DNA of 46,109 bases from Candidatus Micrarchaeota archaeon (GTDB lineage: Archaea; Micrarchaeota; Micrarchaeia; Anstonellales; Bilamarchaeaceae). The DNA lies in assembly GCA_018304385.1 (NCBI GenBank), contig JAGVWJ010000017.1, positions 1 through 46,109 of the forward strand. Reading direction: 5' to 3'. Position 1 is the first letter of the stretch. The number at the start of each line of letters is the position of its first letter. The translations under genes were made by a program, and so were the position numbers. Of this stretch, positions 18,466 to 26,701 are shown one piece after another. The notes under the pieces are model-generated. The model ran no database searches and had not been told where the DNA came from. It saw only the letters and a program-made list of their open reading frames with translations.

Positions 18466-19556
18466 GGTAACCATTCTTTTCCTTCAATCTTCTGCTTGAT
18501 ATACTCGCCAACAAATGTTAATCTCTCACCCTGCAATGCATCCTGCTCTATCTTCTTTTTAGTACTTGCAACCAGCTTAAGATTTCTTACCCATTCCTTG
18601 TGCCTATTTATCCACGGATAACCAAGCATCTCCTCTGCGCGTTTTAAGTCAACATCCTTTGCTCGTATCGTTAACTTCTGCAGAAATTTAAATTCTTCAA
18701 TATCATCCATTGTCACTCCAATAAATTTTGCTTCAGGAACTGCAAAATCCATTCCCAGATATGCAAGATTCATGCTCCCTGTTTTAATTGTCCAATAAAT
18801 GTACCATCCCCACGCATCACAATCCATAAAACAATAAATTGGTAGTTTTTTATCTGCAAGTTTTCTTAGTAAGCGTCTTGTTCCGCGTGATGACTGACCT
18901 TTTGGTGTTATTAATAAGCAGTTCTCTTTTTTCCAAAACTTATCCTCATTTAGCCTTTGCCACATTGCATCTTTTTCGCAAACAAGAACATATTTTGCAG
19001 TTGTCTTAAAATCAATATCATTATCAACATCGCTGGGTATGCCCCAGCCAGACCTTCCCATTGCAGTTCCATCAATTGTACTTTCTTCGCCGCCAAATTT
19101 ATCTTTTATTATTATTGGCCCAGCTACAACGCCCTTACGTTCAGTTGTCAAATGCAAATCCTCTCGCTTAATTCCTAGCGCAACTTCCAAATCTTCAATT
19201 AGCGCATTTGATTCCTGTTGTTCGGAAAACATATCTTCATCAATGTCCTCTCCAAGACTAAATTTCAACTGGTAAAACAAGCTTCTGATAGATGCATGTA
19301 AATCTTCTTTAATAAATTTCTTGGTTTTTGCTGCAACAGCAACAGTCTGCATAAATGTGCGTGCTTGTGCAACACTTAAAAATTTTCTAAGTTCTTTTTT
19401 ATCCCCCATTCTTAGGCAGCCTACTCCTTCATCATAAATAGTATTGCTTTTTGTTCTTAATGTTGTTTCAAAAGTTGGGCCTTCTTCCTTTTCAATTTCC
19501 TTGACCATTTTTTTTCCAAGACCTTCTAATTTTTCTATTGCAGTTTTATCAGACAT
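18462..19556 (-). CDS. top6A: DNA topoisomerase VI subunit A
   Basis: Spo11-type catalytic Tyr region IRSLFY; TOPRIM CEKDAM...DCDAWG. Confidence 0.97.
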   Translation of the reverse strand: MSDKTAIEKLEGLGKKMVKEIEKEEGPTFETTLRTKSNTIYDEGVGCLRMGDKKELRKFLSVAQARTFMQTVAVAAKTKKFIKEDLHASIRSLFYQLKFSLGEDIDEDMFSEQQESNALIEDLEVALGIKREDLHLTTERKGVVAGPIIIKDKFGGEESTIDGTAMGRSGWGIPSDVDNDIDFKTTAKYVLVCEKDAMWQRLNEDKFWKKENCLLITPKGQSSRGTRRLLRKLADKKLPIYCFMDCDAWGWYIYWTIKTGSMNLAYLGMDFAVPEAKFIGVTMDDIEEFKFLQKLTIRAKDVDLKRAEEMLGYPWINRHKEWVRNLKLVASTKKKIEQDALQGERLTFVGEYIKQKIEGKEWLP

Positions 19557-19578
19557 GAAGATCCCCTTTTTATATTTT

Positions 19579-19803
19579 TTAATCTTTTTTATAATATTCT
19601 TTTATAACTGTATTAAAATCTAATTTAAGTATATATTTAATTATGTAAGCGCTTACGACTCCGCCTAATCCGCCTCCAATACCTGCTGCAACCATCTGGT
19701 CTAATCTTCCCTCAGTTAAAGTCATTGCTATTTCTGCTCCAATAATAGTAAATAATGTAAAAATAAAAAATACTTTAATAAAATTTTTTGTTTTTTCTTT
19801 CAT
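19579..19803 (-). CDS. Small two-TM membrane protein
   Basis: Two hydrophobic helices, GxxxG-rich; SD GAGGT; lies between top6B and top6A. Confidence 0.7.
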   Translation of the reverse strand: MKEKTKNFIKVFFIFTLFTIIGAEIAMTLTEGRLDQMVAAGIGGGLGGVVSAYIIKYILKLDFNTVIKEYYKKD

Positions 19804-19843
19804 AATCCCAAACCTCTATTTTATTACTCTATTTTCTATTCTT

Positions 19844-21469
19844 TTACTCTTCTTCGCTTTCATCGTCTTCTTTTACCCGCTCTTCTTCATGTTCAGGAAT
19901 ATCTTCTTTTTCTTCCTCGCCTTCTCCGCCTTGCGAGTATTTCTCTTCTATTATTTTTTCCAGCTTCTTTTTAATTTCGTTTTTATTTTTAGCTGCTGCA
20001 AGATCAGTAACATCACTAGCAAGTTGTTCAATATATCTAGAAATTACTTTTCTTTTTGTTTCTATTTCATGCGCCTTCTTCTTTCCACTTATATATTTTT
20101 GTACTTCACGCGCAGCCTCCATTACTGCATTTTTTATCTCGTCCATTATATCTTCTTCTTGTGCAACAGCCTGCTTGCCTGCGCCAGTGTATGGCACATA
20201 AACGCTTACAAAATTAATAAGTACAACTATCGGCTCTTCTTCAAACTGTTTTAGATTGTATCTTCCCCAATCAACACTTTTTGTAGCCTCAGTTAATGCG
20301 CATCCTCCTGCATCAAATAAAAGCGGAACACGATTTGCAAATCGCATTATCTCTCCTTTTTTACCTGCAGTTGCTATACCCCCGCCAAATGCAATTGCTG
20401 CCTCTATTGCAAAAGGAACACCACCTTGGTAAACCTTTGGGCTGCGTTCAGTAACTGCAAGTACCTCTGGATTAAAAATATTCATAAATGATTTTTCTAT
20501 TTGTTCTTTGCCTATAGGAACAATAGAATCAGTTTCTGGTGCAATCCATTTTACTTGTTTGAATCCTTGCACTATTTTTTCTGCTTCTTCCCAAGTTAAA
20601 TCAGCAGGATTTTTGTCAAAATCAACATCCTTTACAATTTCGCGCAGTTCGCTTACTTTATTCGCGCTTAATCGTGCAAGCGCATTTTGTAAAAACGCAC
20701 TTATCTTACGGTTTTCTTTTTGAGCCCTTGCCAAATCAAGCAAATCATGCGCACCTACGCCTAGTGGGTGTGGTAATATTTCCTTTGGTCTTGGCGGATT
20801 TTCCTGAATAGCGCGTGGAAAAACAATAGTCTCATTATTTGGTTCTGTTAATGTTATTTGCGCATGTGGATTTGCTAATGCAGTTCTGCGCAAATATTCA
20901 AATATTCCCTGATCGCTTTTCTTATACTCAACATCCTTGAATTCTGCTTCATAAGTTAATCCATGCTTTCCTTCTTTATTGTCTTCCTCAATTAGGTTAA
21001 GTAGTTCTGCCTTGTTTGTTTTGAAATCCATACTAATTTCGCATGATATTTTTTTATCTTTATAATAAGAAATTGCATGCGGATGCTGCGCTGTAGTTAA
21101 TAGCGCGTACATACTAACTGCTGCAATCCCAATTCCTTGCTGCCCGCGTTGCTGAACATATCTATGGAATTTCGTACCAGCAAGCATTTGCCCTAATGCC
21201 TTGCCTAGATGTGATTTTGGAATGCCTGATCCATTATCTTCTATTTTTACAGAATAGTGGTATTCTCCGAGTTCTTTTACTTCCACTTTAATTTCAGGAA
21301 CAATGCCTGCTTCCTCACATGCGTCCAAGCTATTTGAAACTGCCTCGTGCACAATAGTAGTAAGACTTCGCACCTTTCCGCTGAATCCAAGCATTTGTTT
21401 GTTTTTCTTGAAGAATTCAGCTACGCTATGCTCTCGAAAATGTGAAAATAAATCTTTTCCATCAACCAT
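19844..21469 (-). CDS. top6B: DNA topoisomerase VI subunit B
   Basis: GHKL motifs HEAVSNSLDA, EDNGSGIP, RGQQGIG; RFANRVPLLF; SD GGTGA. Confidence 0.97.
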   Translation of the reverse strand: MVDGKDLFSHFREHSVAEFFKKNKQMLGFSGKVRSLTTIVHEAVSNSLDACEEAGIVPEIKVEVKELGEYHYSVKIEDNGSGIPKSHLGKALGQMLAGTKFHRYVQQRGQQGIGIAAVSMYALLTTAQHPHAISYYKDKKISCEISMDFKTNKAELLNLIEEDNKEGKHGLTYEAEFKDVEYKKSDQGIFEYLRRTALANPHAQITLTEPNNETIVFPRAIQENPPRPKEILPHPLGVGAHDLLDLARAQKENRKISAFLQNALARLSANKVSELREIVKDVDFDKNPADLTWEEAEKIVQGFKQVKWIAPETDSIVPIGKEQIEKSFMNIFNPEVLAVTERSPKVYQGGVPFAIEAAIAFGGGIATAGKKGEIMRFANRVPLLFDAGGCALTEATKSVDWGRYNLKQFEEEPIVVLINFVSVYVPYTGAGKQAVAQEEDIMDEIKNAVMEAAREVQKYISGKKKAHEIETKRKVISRYIEQLASDVTDLAAAKNKNEIKKKLEKIIEEKYSQGGEGEEEKEDIPEHEEERVKEDDESEEE

Positions 21470-21550
21470 TTTTGTTCACCGGAAATGTTGAGATTTGTCG
21501 GCATTTTTTTGCCCTGCCGACAAACTGATCTGGCATGTTATCACTGTTTT

Positions 21551-21620
21551 TAGCTATTAGCTATTAGCAGTTGGCCTTTAGCTCTTGGCTACTAGCTACA
21601 AGCCACTAGCTAATGGCAGT
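21551..21620. repeat. Ten in-register heptamer units
   Basis: TAGCTAT TAGCTAT TAGCAGT TGGCCTT TAGCTCT TGGCTAC TAGCTAC AAGCCAC TAGCTAA TGGCAGT. Confidence 0.85.
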
Positions 21621-21681
21621 AGTCAACTGGGAGTTGAAACTAATTGGAAAATAAAAATATTTAAATGCTTGTGAATTTTCT

Positions 21682-22200
21682 TTATCTTAACCTTTCGCCC
21701 ATTATCTGCCTTCTTATCTTTGCTAGATAATTAAAAACTCGAGAATGCTGTGCGCCATCTATTAGCATAGATATTGCTTCTTTTGCATATTCCATTGTAT
21801 CTATTTTGGAGATTACTCCAATAGTGTCTCCATAAACGCTAAGATAGCTTTCAGTTGCTGATTCGATCTCTTTTTTCATCTTTCCTTTTTCGCCAATAAC
21901 CCGTCCCTTAATACGCGTTATATCCTTCTCGCTTTTTGTATAGTTATCGAGATCAATAAGATAAAATGCAAAATTATCACTGGTAATCTTTAATGCCTCT
22001 CGCACGCTAAAGCCGCGGCCAATTGCCTTTACAACATCCTTTGCAAAGTAGGTGTGCGCTGTATCCCCATCTATTTCTACCTCACCGTCTTCTTCTACAT
22101 GTAACGTTACTTCGCAAACCTTTTCAATCTCTTTTTTGGTTTTTCCCTTTTCGCCTATTAGTATAGATATTCGTTCGTGAGGTATCTTAATAAATTCCAT
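21682..22200 (-). CDS. dim2: KH-domain pre-rRNA processing protein (Dim2/Pno1 family)
   Basis: Two KH motifs (LIGEKGKTK; GRVIGEKGKMK), KAIGRGF, GAQHSRVF; upstream of top6B as in many archaea. Confidence 0.92.
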   Translation of the reverse strand: MEFIKIPHERISILIGEKGKTKKEIEKVCEVTLHVEEDGEVEIDGDTAHTYFAKDVVKAIGRGFSVREALKITSDNFAFYLIDLDNYTKSEKDITRIKGRVIGEKGKMKKEIESATESYLSVYGDTIGVISKIDTMEYAKEAISMLIDGAQHSRVFNYLAKIRRQIMGERLR

Positions 22201-22338
22201 GCTATATTCTCCTCCTGGTTTCTCATTATAACATAAACGTCGTTTTACTAATATTCTCTATAGTGACGCAGTCTAATGTCCTTCTTAAGCTGCGTCGGCA
22301 ATCTGGTGTCTTACTTATATAAATGAAGCATCAGTTGG

Positions 22339-22366
22339 CTCACTGCCCAATGCTCATTGCTCACGG
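22339..22366 (-). repeat. Heptamer tandem repeats
   Basis: Minus strand CCGTGAG CAATGAG CATTGGG CAGTGAG. Confidence 0.8.
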
Positions 22367-22429
22367 CTATGTACTATCTTTATAAAAAATGCATGTGCAA
22401 TATGTATATAAAGCCTGCGGGGTTTCCTA

Positions 22430-23011
22430 ATGGTAGTATATAATGTTAAGTTAAAAAATGGTTCTGAAATACAAATCGCTCCGTTAAACGGTAGCATAAA
22501 CGTTAAACAAATTGCTAATTTTATAAACTCTTTGGTAGAAGAGCGCTCATTTATTTCTCGCGATAAAAAGATAACACATCATGAGCAACGAAGCGAACTA
22601 AAGGTCCATAAAAAAAAGATAGAAGAGGGGCTTATGGAGTATCTGATTGCTTTACATGGCAAGAATATTATTGGCCAGGCAATGGCAGAGCGCCTTCAGC
22701 ATCGGGTTCGGGGCAATGCGTTTATTCGTTTATATATAGCAGAAAGTTATCGTCAGCTTGGTTTGGGCAAGATCTTAATGTATCTGGTGTTAAATGGTTT
22801 GAAAAGAAAAAAAGTAGTAAATGCTTATATTGAAGTAGCAGAAAAAAACATTCCTGCGATAAAATTTTATAAGAAGCTTGGTTTCAAAAAAGTTGCATTA
22901 TTGCCAAATTGGATGGAGTTTGATGGCAACTATATAAACGCTATAGGCATGATTATGGAGTTGAAAAATCATGTAGAGAAAGCATATGGGCCCTATGAAA
23001 ATATTTTATGA
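22430..23011 (+). CDS. GNAT family N-acetyltransferase
   Basis: YIAESYRQLGLGKILM (motif A); NIPAIKFYKKLGF (motif B). Confidence 0.92.
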   Translation: MVVYNVKLKNGSEIQIAPLNGSINVKQIANFINSLVEERSFISRDKKITHHEQRSELKVHKKKIEEGLMEYLIALHGKNIIGQAMAERLQHRVRGNAFIRLYIAESYRQLGLGKILMYLVLNGLKRKKVVNAYIEVAEKNIPAIKFYKKLGFKKVALLPNWMEFDGNYINAIGMIMELKNHVEKAYGPYENIL

Positions 23012-24524
23012 TGCGGTCTTTAGAAATAAAGATGCGCTAACTGTTTTCATAGACCAATTACTAGGGCATAATGGCCGCATAAATCCGAACCAGCTTTTTA
23101 AGGTTGAAGAATATAAAAATAGATTTAGAATTGCAAAGTCACATAATATAACGCCCGATACAAGAAGCATTCTTATTGGGATTGAAATTTGCAACTCATA
23201 CTCGCCTCTTTATGAGCTTGATTACTTTTTGATGTCTCTATTTTTATCTACCGTTGCGAGTGCTTTGCCACTAGATTCTTATTCCAAATTGAATTACATA
23301 AAGAGAAAAGAAAAAATAATGAACGATCTTTTATCAATAAAAAAGGATGATATTTCTGATGCGCTTGAAAATCCAGAGATTGCAATAATTGGTATGATGA
23401 CCGATGATATCGAACCTTATCGTTATTCTAAACATCAACTATGGGGGTTACAGGAGTTCAAAAAAAGATGCATAGATATTAAAAAACCAGATTATTACTG
23501 GCAAGAAGGAAATGCAAAAATATTTAAAAATCTTTTATGGATGCCTGAAGATATTGAGCATGCAAATTTTGCAGTTGAAAATTCATCCTTCTTATATGAA
23601 GCAAAGATGTTGCAAAGCTATTTGAGTATAAAAAAGTTCCTAGAGTTTTTGAGTATAGATATTTCTAAAGTCCCTTTCTTTTTTTCCCTTACGCCTAACT
23701 ATGACATACGCGAAAATGGGGCAAAAAATAGTTTTCTTGATTTGTTATTAGAATTACATTCACAAAAACAGTTAAAGGTTTTTAAGAAAATTATACAAAA
23801 AGCATATCCGCCTATAATAAAAACCGCTTGCCCGGCGTGTGGAGAAACCTCTAAAAAGATCATCACTGGTCATATTCGGGGGAAGAATAGAAGAAGATTG
23901 GAATTGCATTGTTTAGATAGTCAAATATCATTTAAGACTGAACTTGCTGTTGGTGGACTTGCAAGGAAGGGGTGCGGCAACAAATGGAGTTTTGAGTTAC
24001 CTTTTTCGAAATATGATCTTTATGACGAATTAAAAAATGGGGTTTCGTTATATTTTCCTGTTAACTCTCTTATGTGGCTTATTAATGACATTTCATTTGC
24101 ACCAGCAGCACTTGTTTTTACTGATGCTGGTTTCTATAAAGCAGACGGGAAAATAAATATTCTTCCAAGGAAATCTATAGGTGATCATAAAGAGCTCCTT
24201 ACAAATATGATATCACTTCAGGATGCGTTTTTAAAAGCTGACCTTTGCCCAGAGGTACATAGTAAATTGAAATCCTTGGATATGCTCGTTAATAAAGCAC
24301 CAATCTTATTCGGCCATCAATCTCCTACAAAACTTTTTGATCCGTCCCTTTCGATAATATCTACGATATCTGATAAGGTTGTGAATTTACATGTTACTGA
24401 TAGCAGTATTTTTGTTGCGATGAAGCATGGTCTAACTCCAGAAAAGATTCTCGAGCACTCGCTATACATTGATTATTTCTACCCTAAGGATATAATTCGA
24501 AGTTTTAAACCGCACCTGGTGTAG
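22995..24524 (+). CDS. Divergent class I lysyl-tRNA synthetase-like protein (catalytic-domain paralogue)
   Basis: Ordered resemblance to LysRS1: MMTDDIEPYR, KFLEFLSID...FSLTPNY, YPPIIKTACPACG, LHC...GCG, GVSLYFPVNSLMW, GLTPEKILE; no clear HIGH/KMSKS; no anticodon-binding domain. Confidence 0.5.
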   Translation: MKIFYDAVFRNKDALTVFIDQLLGHNGRINPNQLFKVEEYKNRFRIAKSHNITPDTRSILIGIEICNSYSPLYELDYFLMSLFLSTVASALPLDSYSKLNYIKRKEKIMNDLLSIKKDDISDALENPEIAIIGMMTDDIEPYRYSKHQLWGLQEFKKRCIDIKKPDYYWQEGNAKIFKNLLWMPEDIEHANFAVENSSFLYEAKMLQSYLSIKKFLEFLSIDISKVPFFFSLTPNYDIRENGAKNSFLDLLLELHSQKQLKVFKKIIQKAYPPIIKTACPACGETSKKIITGHIRGKNRRRLELHCLDSQISFKTELAVGGLARKGCGNKWSFELPFSKYDLYDELKNGVSLYFPVNSLMWLINDISFAPAALVFTDAGFYKADGKINILPRKSIGDHKELLTNMISLQDAFLKADLCPEVHSKLKSLDMLVNKAPILFGHQSPTKLFDPSLSIISTISDKVVNLHVTDSSIFVAMKHGLTPEKILEHSLYIDYFYPKDIIRSFKPHLV

Positions 24525-25332
24525 GTTGCTTACCCTCATTTTTTATTATCTTCTCAAGAACTTTCTTAATCTGCGGATCATTTTCTATTGTTACCTGTCT
24601 TTTTGCTAATGATATAACTCTTGGATCCTTATCATTTTTTAATAAATCTACTGCAGTTCTTCTTGTTTCAACATCCCAATGATTAATTAAGCTGATTAAA
24701 ACATTTTTTGATTCTTCATCCATTATTTTTGCTAATGTTAACATTGCGTAGTACTGATTTTTCTCTATGTCACTTTTTGCAATTATCATTATTTCTTTTT
24801 TTAATGCCAGTAGAATATCTTTATTACTTGTTTTGGATAGATAAGCCAATACTGCCTGTATCTTATCGTGATTGCGCATCATTTTTCTTAATATCTCTTT
24901 TATTTGTTCTCTATATTTTTCATTTTCACCTATCTTATTTATTGCTGCAACTAACGTTGTGTCAGGCTTTCCTTCTTCTTCATAACTCCCAACTATCATC
25001 TCTGTGAATGCATCCTCCCATTCCCCATCTAGCATAAGCATGAGTGAGTATAATGCAGTAGTGTTTCTGCCCAATCCAAAATATGCACTCTGCGGGTTCT
25101 TTAATACGCTTAATGCAATTCTTATTAGTGCGATTCTCTCATGTGTTAAGGCCTTTAGTTCTTCTTTTGTTAAGGGTTTTTTCATTGCGTAGTTTGCTAT
25201 TATTTCCCAGAATAAATCTCTGATGTTCATATCAGGTTTACTGGCAAATTTGTCTAGCACTAGTTTTTTTGTTTGCTGTGGCGGTTGCTGCCCGCTGCTA
25301 TCGTCATCTCCACCAAATGCTTGCTTAGCCAT
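24505..25332 (-). CDS. HEAT-repeat-like helical protein
   Basis: C-terminal HEAT-like repeats (WDVETRRTAVDLL...DPQIKKVL); ATG 25332 with AGTGAT RBS. Confidence 0.7.
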   Translation of the reverse strand: MAKQAFGGDDDSSGQQPPQQTKKLVLDKFASKPDMNIRDLFWEIIANYAMKKPLTKEELKALTHERIALIRIALSVLKNPQSAYFGLGRNTTALYSLMLMLDGEWEDAFTEMIVGSYEEEGKPDTTLVAAINKIGENEKYREQIKEILRKMMRNHDKIQAVLAYLSKTSNKDILLALKKEIMIIAKSDIEKNQYYAMLTLAKIMDEESKNVLISLINHWDVETRRTAVDLLKNDKDPRVISLAKRQVTIENDPQIKKVLEKIIKNEGKQPTPGAV

Positions 25333-25347
25333 ATTTATCACTGTTTT

Positions 25348-25402
25348 TGGTAATTAGTTCTTAGTTCTTGGTCACGCTTACCAACTACCAATAACCAATT
25401 AC
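25348..25402. repeat. Heptamer repeats in inverted arrangement
   Basis: TGGTAAT TAGTTCT TAGTTCT TGGTCAC ... TACCAAC TACCAAT AACCAAT. Confidence 0.75.
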
Positions 25403-25457
25403 TCTATAAAAGAGTATGAACAAATAAATTTAACTATATATTCTTCTAAAGCTAATT

Positions 25458-26111
25458 ATGTCCGAATTAGAATTAATGGTCGCTCGTTTAAAAAGTACAG
25501 GTTTTCTTAAGGGCCAATCAGTTGAAAAGGCAATGCTAGCAATAGATCGCGCTTTATTTATGTCAAAAGAATATTTGTCCCTAGCTTATAGTGATAACGC
25601 ATTTCCAATTGGTTACGATCAAACAATCTCTGCGCCAACAGTTGTTAGCTTTATGCTTGACAAATTAGAAGTAAAACCAGGAATGAAAATATTAGAGATT
25701 GGAACAGGTAGTGGGTATAACGCTGCTTTGCTATCTTATATTGTTGGTATTCGCGGAAAAGTAATTTCTATTGAACTTGTACCAGAAATATGTGCACTTG
25801 CAAGAAAAAATATTGCAAAGATCTCGGATACTCTACCAAATAATCTAACATTACTTTGCGAGGATGGAAGCGAAGGTTGGCAAAAAGAAGCGCCATATGA
25901 TATAATTATTATTACTGCTGCAATGCCAGAGTTGCGCTTTGATATCCCATTTATAAAACAATTAAAGAAAGATGGCAGGCTTATTGCACCAGTTGGCAAT
26001 AGTTGGAATCAAAATCTGGTTTTATACGATAATAAAAATAGAACAACACAGCGTATTTTGCCAGTTATGTTTGTTCCGCTTAGAGGAAAGGCTGGTTTTC
26101 AAAACAAGTAG
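25458..26111 (+). CDS. pcm: Protein-L-isoaspartate O-methyltransferase
   Basis: QTISAP, ILEIGTGSGYNAA, APYDIIIITAA, QLKKDGRLIAPVG, VMFVPL. Confidence 0.95.
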   Translation: MSELELMVARLKSTGFLKGQSVEKAMLAIDRALFMSKEYLSLAYSDNAFPIGYDQTISAPTVVSFMLDKLEVKPGMKILEIGTGSGYNAALLSYIVGIRGKVISIELVPEICALARKNIAKISDTLPNNLTLLCEDGSEGWQKEAPYDIIIITAAMPELRFDIPFIKQLKKDGRLIAPVGNSWNQNLVLYDNKNRTTQRILPVMFVPLRGKAGFQNK

Positions 26112-26164
26112 TGTTTCAAATGGAATTCGCTGGATTTAAAAGAGATTAGCTATACTATCTTGTT

Positions 26165-26392
26165 ATGAATGAAATTAGAAAACAAAAACCAACAGCATTA
26201 GATATAACTATGATGCGTACTTTTGAAGCAGAAACAGCTAGGTTACGAACTGATGTGTCAAAAATGCGCCCTGGGTTAGCAAGAAGCCTTTTAGCGCAGG
26301 AATTAGATTTAAGAGAAAGAAGATTAAGACAATGGAAAGAAAATCCAAGTGGTCGGCCAGAAGAACCGTTTAAAAGTGTTACTGGTTATTAA
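26165..26392 (+). CDS. Small hypothetical protein
   Basis: 75-aa ORF with an upstream AT-rich promoter-like sequence. Confidence 0.55.
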   Translation: MNEIRKQKPTALDITMMRTFEAETARLRTDVSKMRPGLARSLLAQELDLRERRLRQWKENPSGRPEEPFKSVTGY

Positions 26393-26405
26393 ATATTTTT
26401 TATTT

Positions 26406-26678
26406 GCCCCTGTGGCTCAGTAGCCTAGCCCTTTTATAATCTAATATTTATCTAATGTAAAAAGGGCTAAGGCCTCACCCCAAAACAGAACTTTCTTGTT
26501 TGGGAGCTCGACCTTTTTGACATTAGGAATACATAAGTGTTGAAAAGGTCGAAATGAGCAATGGTAGAGCGTGCGATTGGTAGCTTTTTGTAAGAATAGC
26601 TTGAATTATCTGTTTTGGTCAAGCTTTCTCTAAAAGCTTGAAATCGCAAGGTCGCGAGTTCAATTCTCGCCGGGGGCT
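26406..26678 (+). tRNA. tRNA-Thr(GGU) interrupted by two introns (D-loop ~15/16 and canonical 37/38)
   Basis: Exons 26406-26420, 26562-26582 and 26643-26678 give a 72-nt cloverleaf: acceptor GCCCCTG/CGGGGGC, D arm GCTC-AGTGGTA-GAGC, anticodon arm TGCGA-TTGGTAA-TCGCA, T arm GCGAG-TTCAATT-CTCGC, discriminator U. Confidence 0.88.
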
Positions 26679-26701
26679 TCATTTTTATTTTCAGTTTTTG
26701 T

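Noticed and set aside
26572-26648. Reading the tRNA as Phe(GAA) or Ser(UGA) from CTTGAAA on the 3' side
   Set aside because: A canonical 37/38 splice gives a proper 7-nt loop TTGGTAA; G1-C72, U73 and the short variable loop fit Thr
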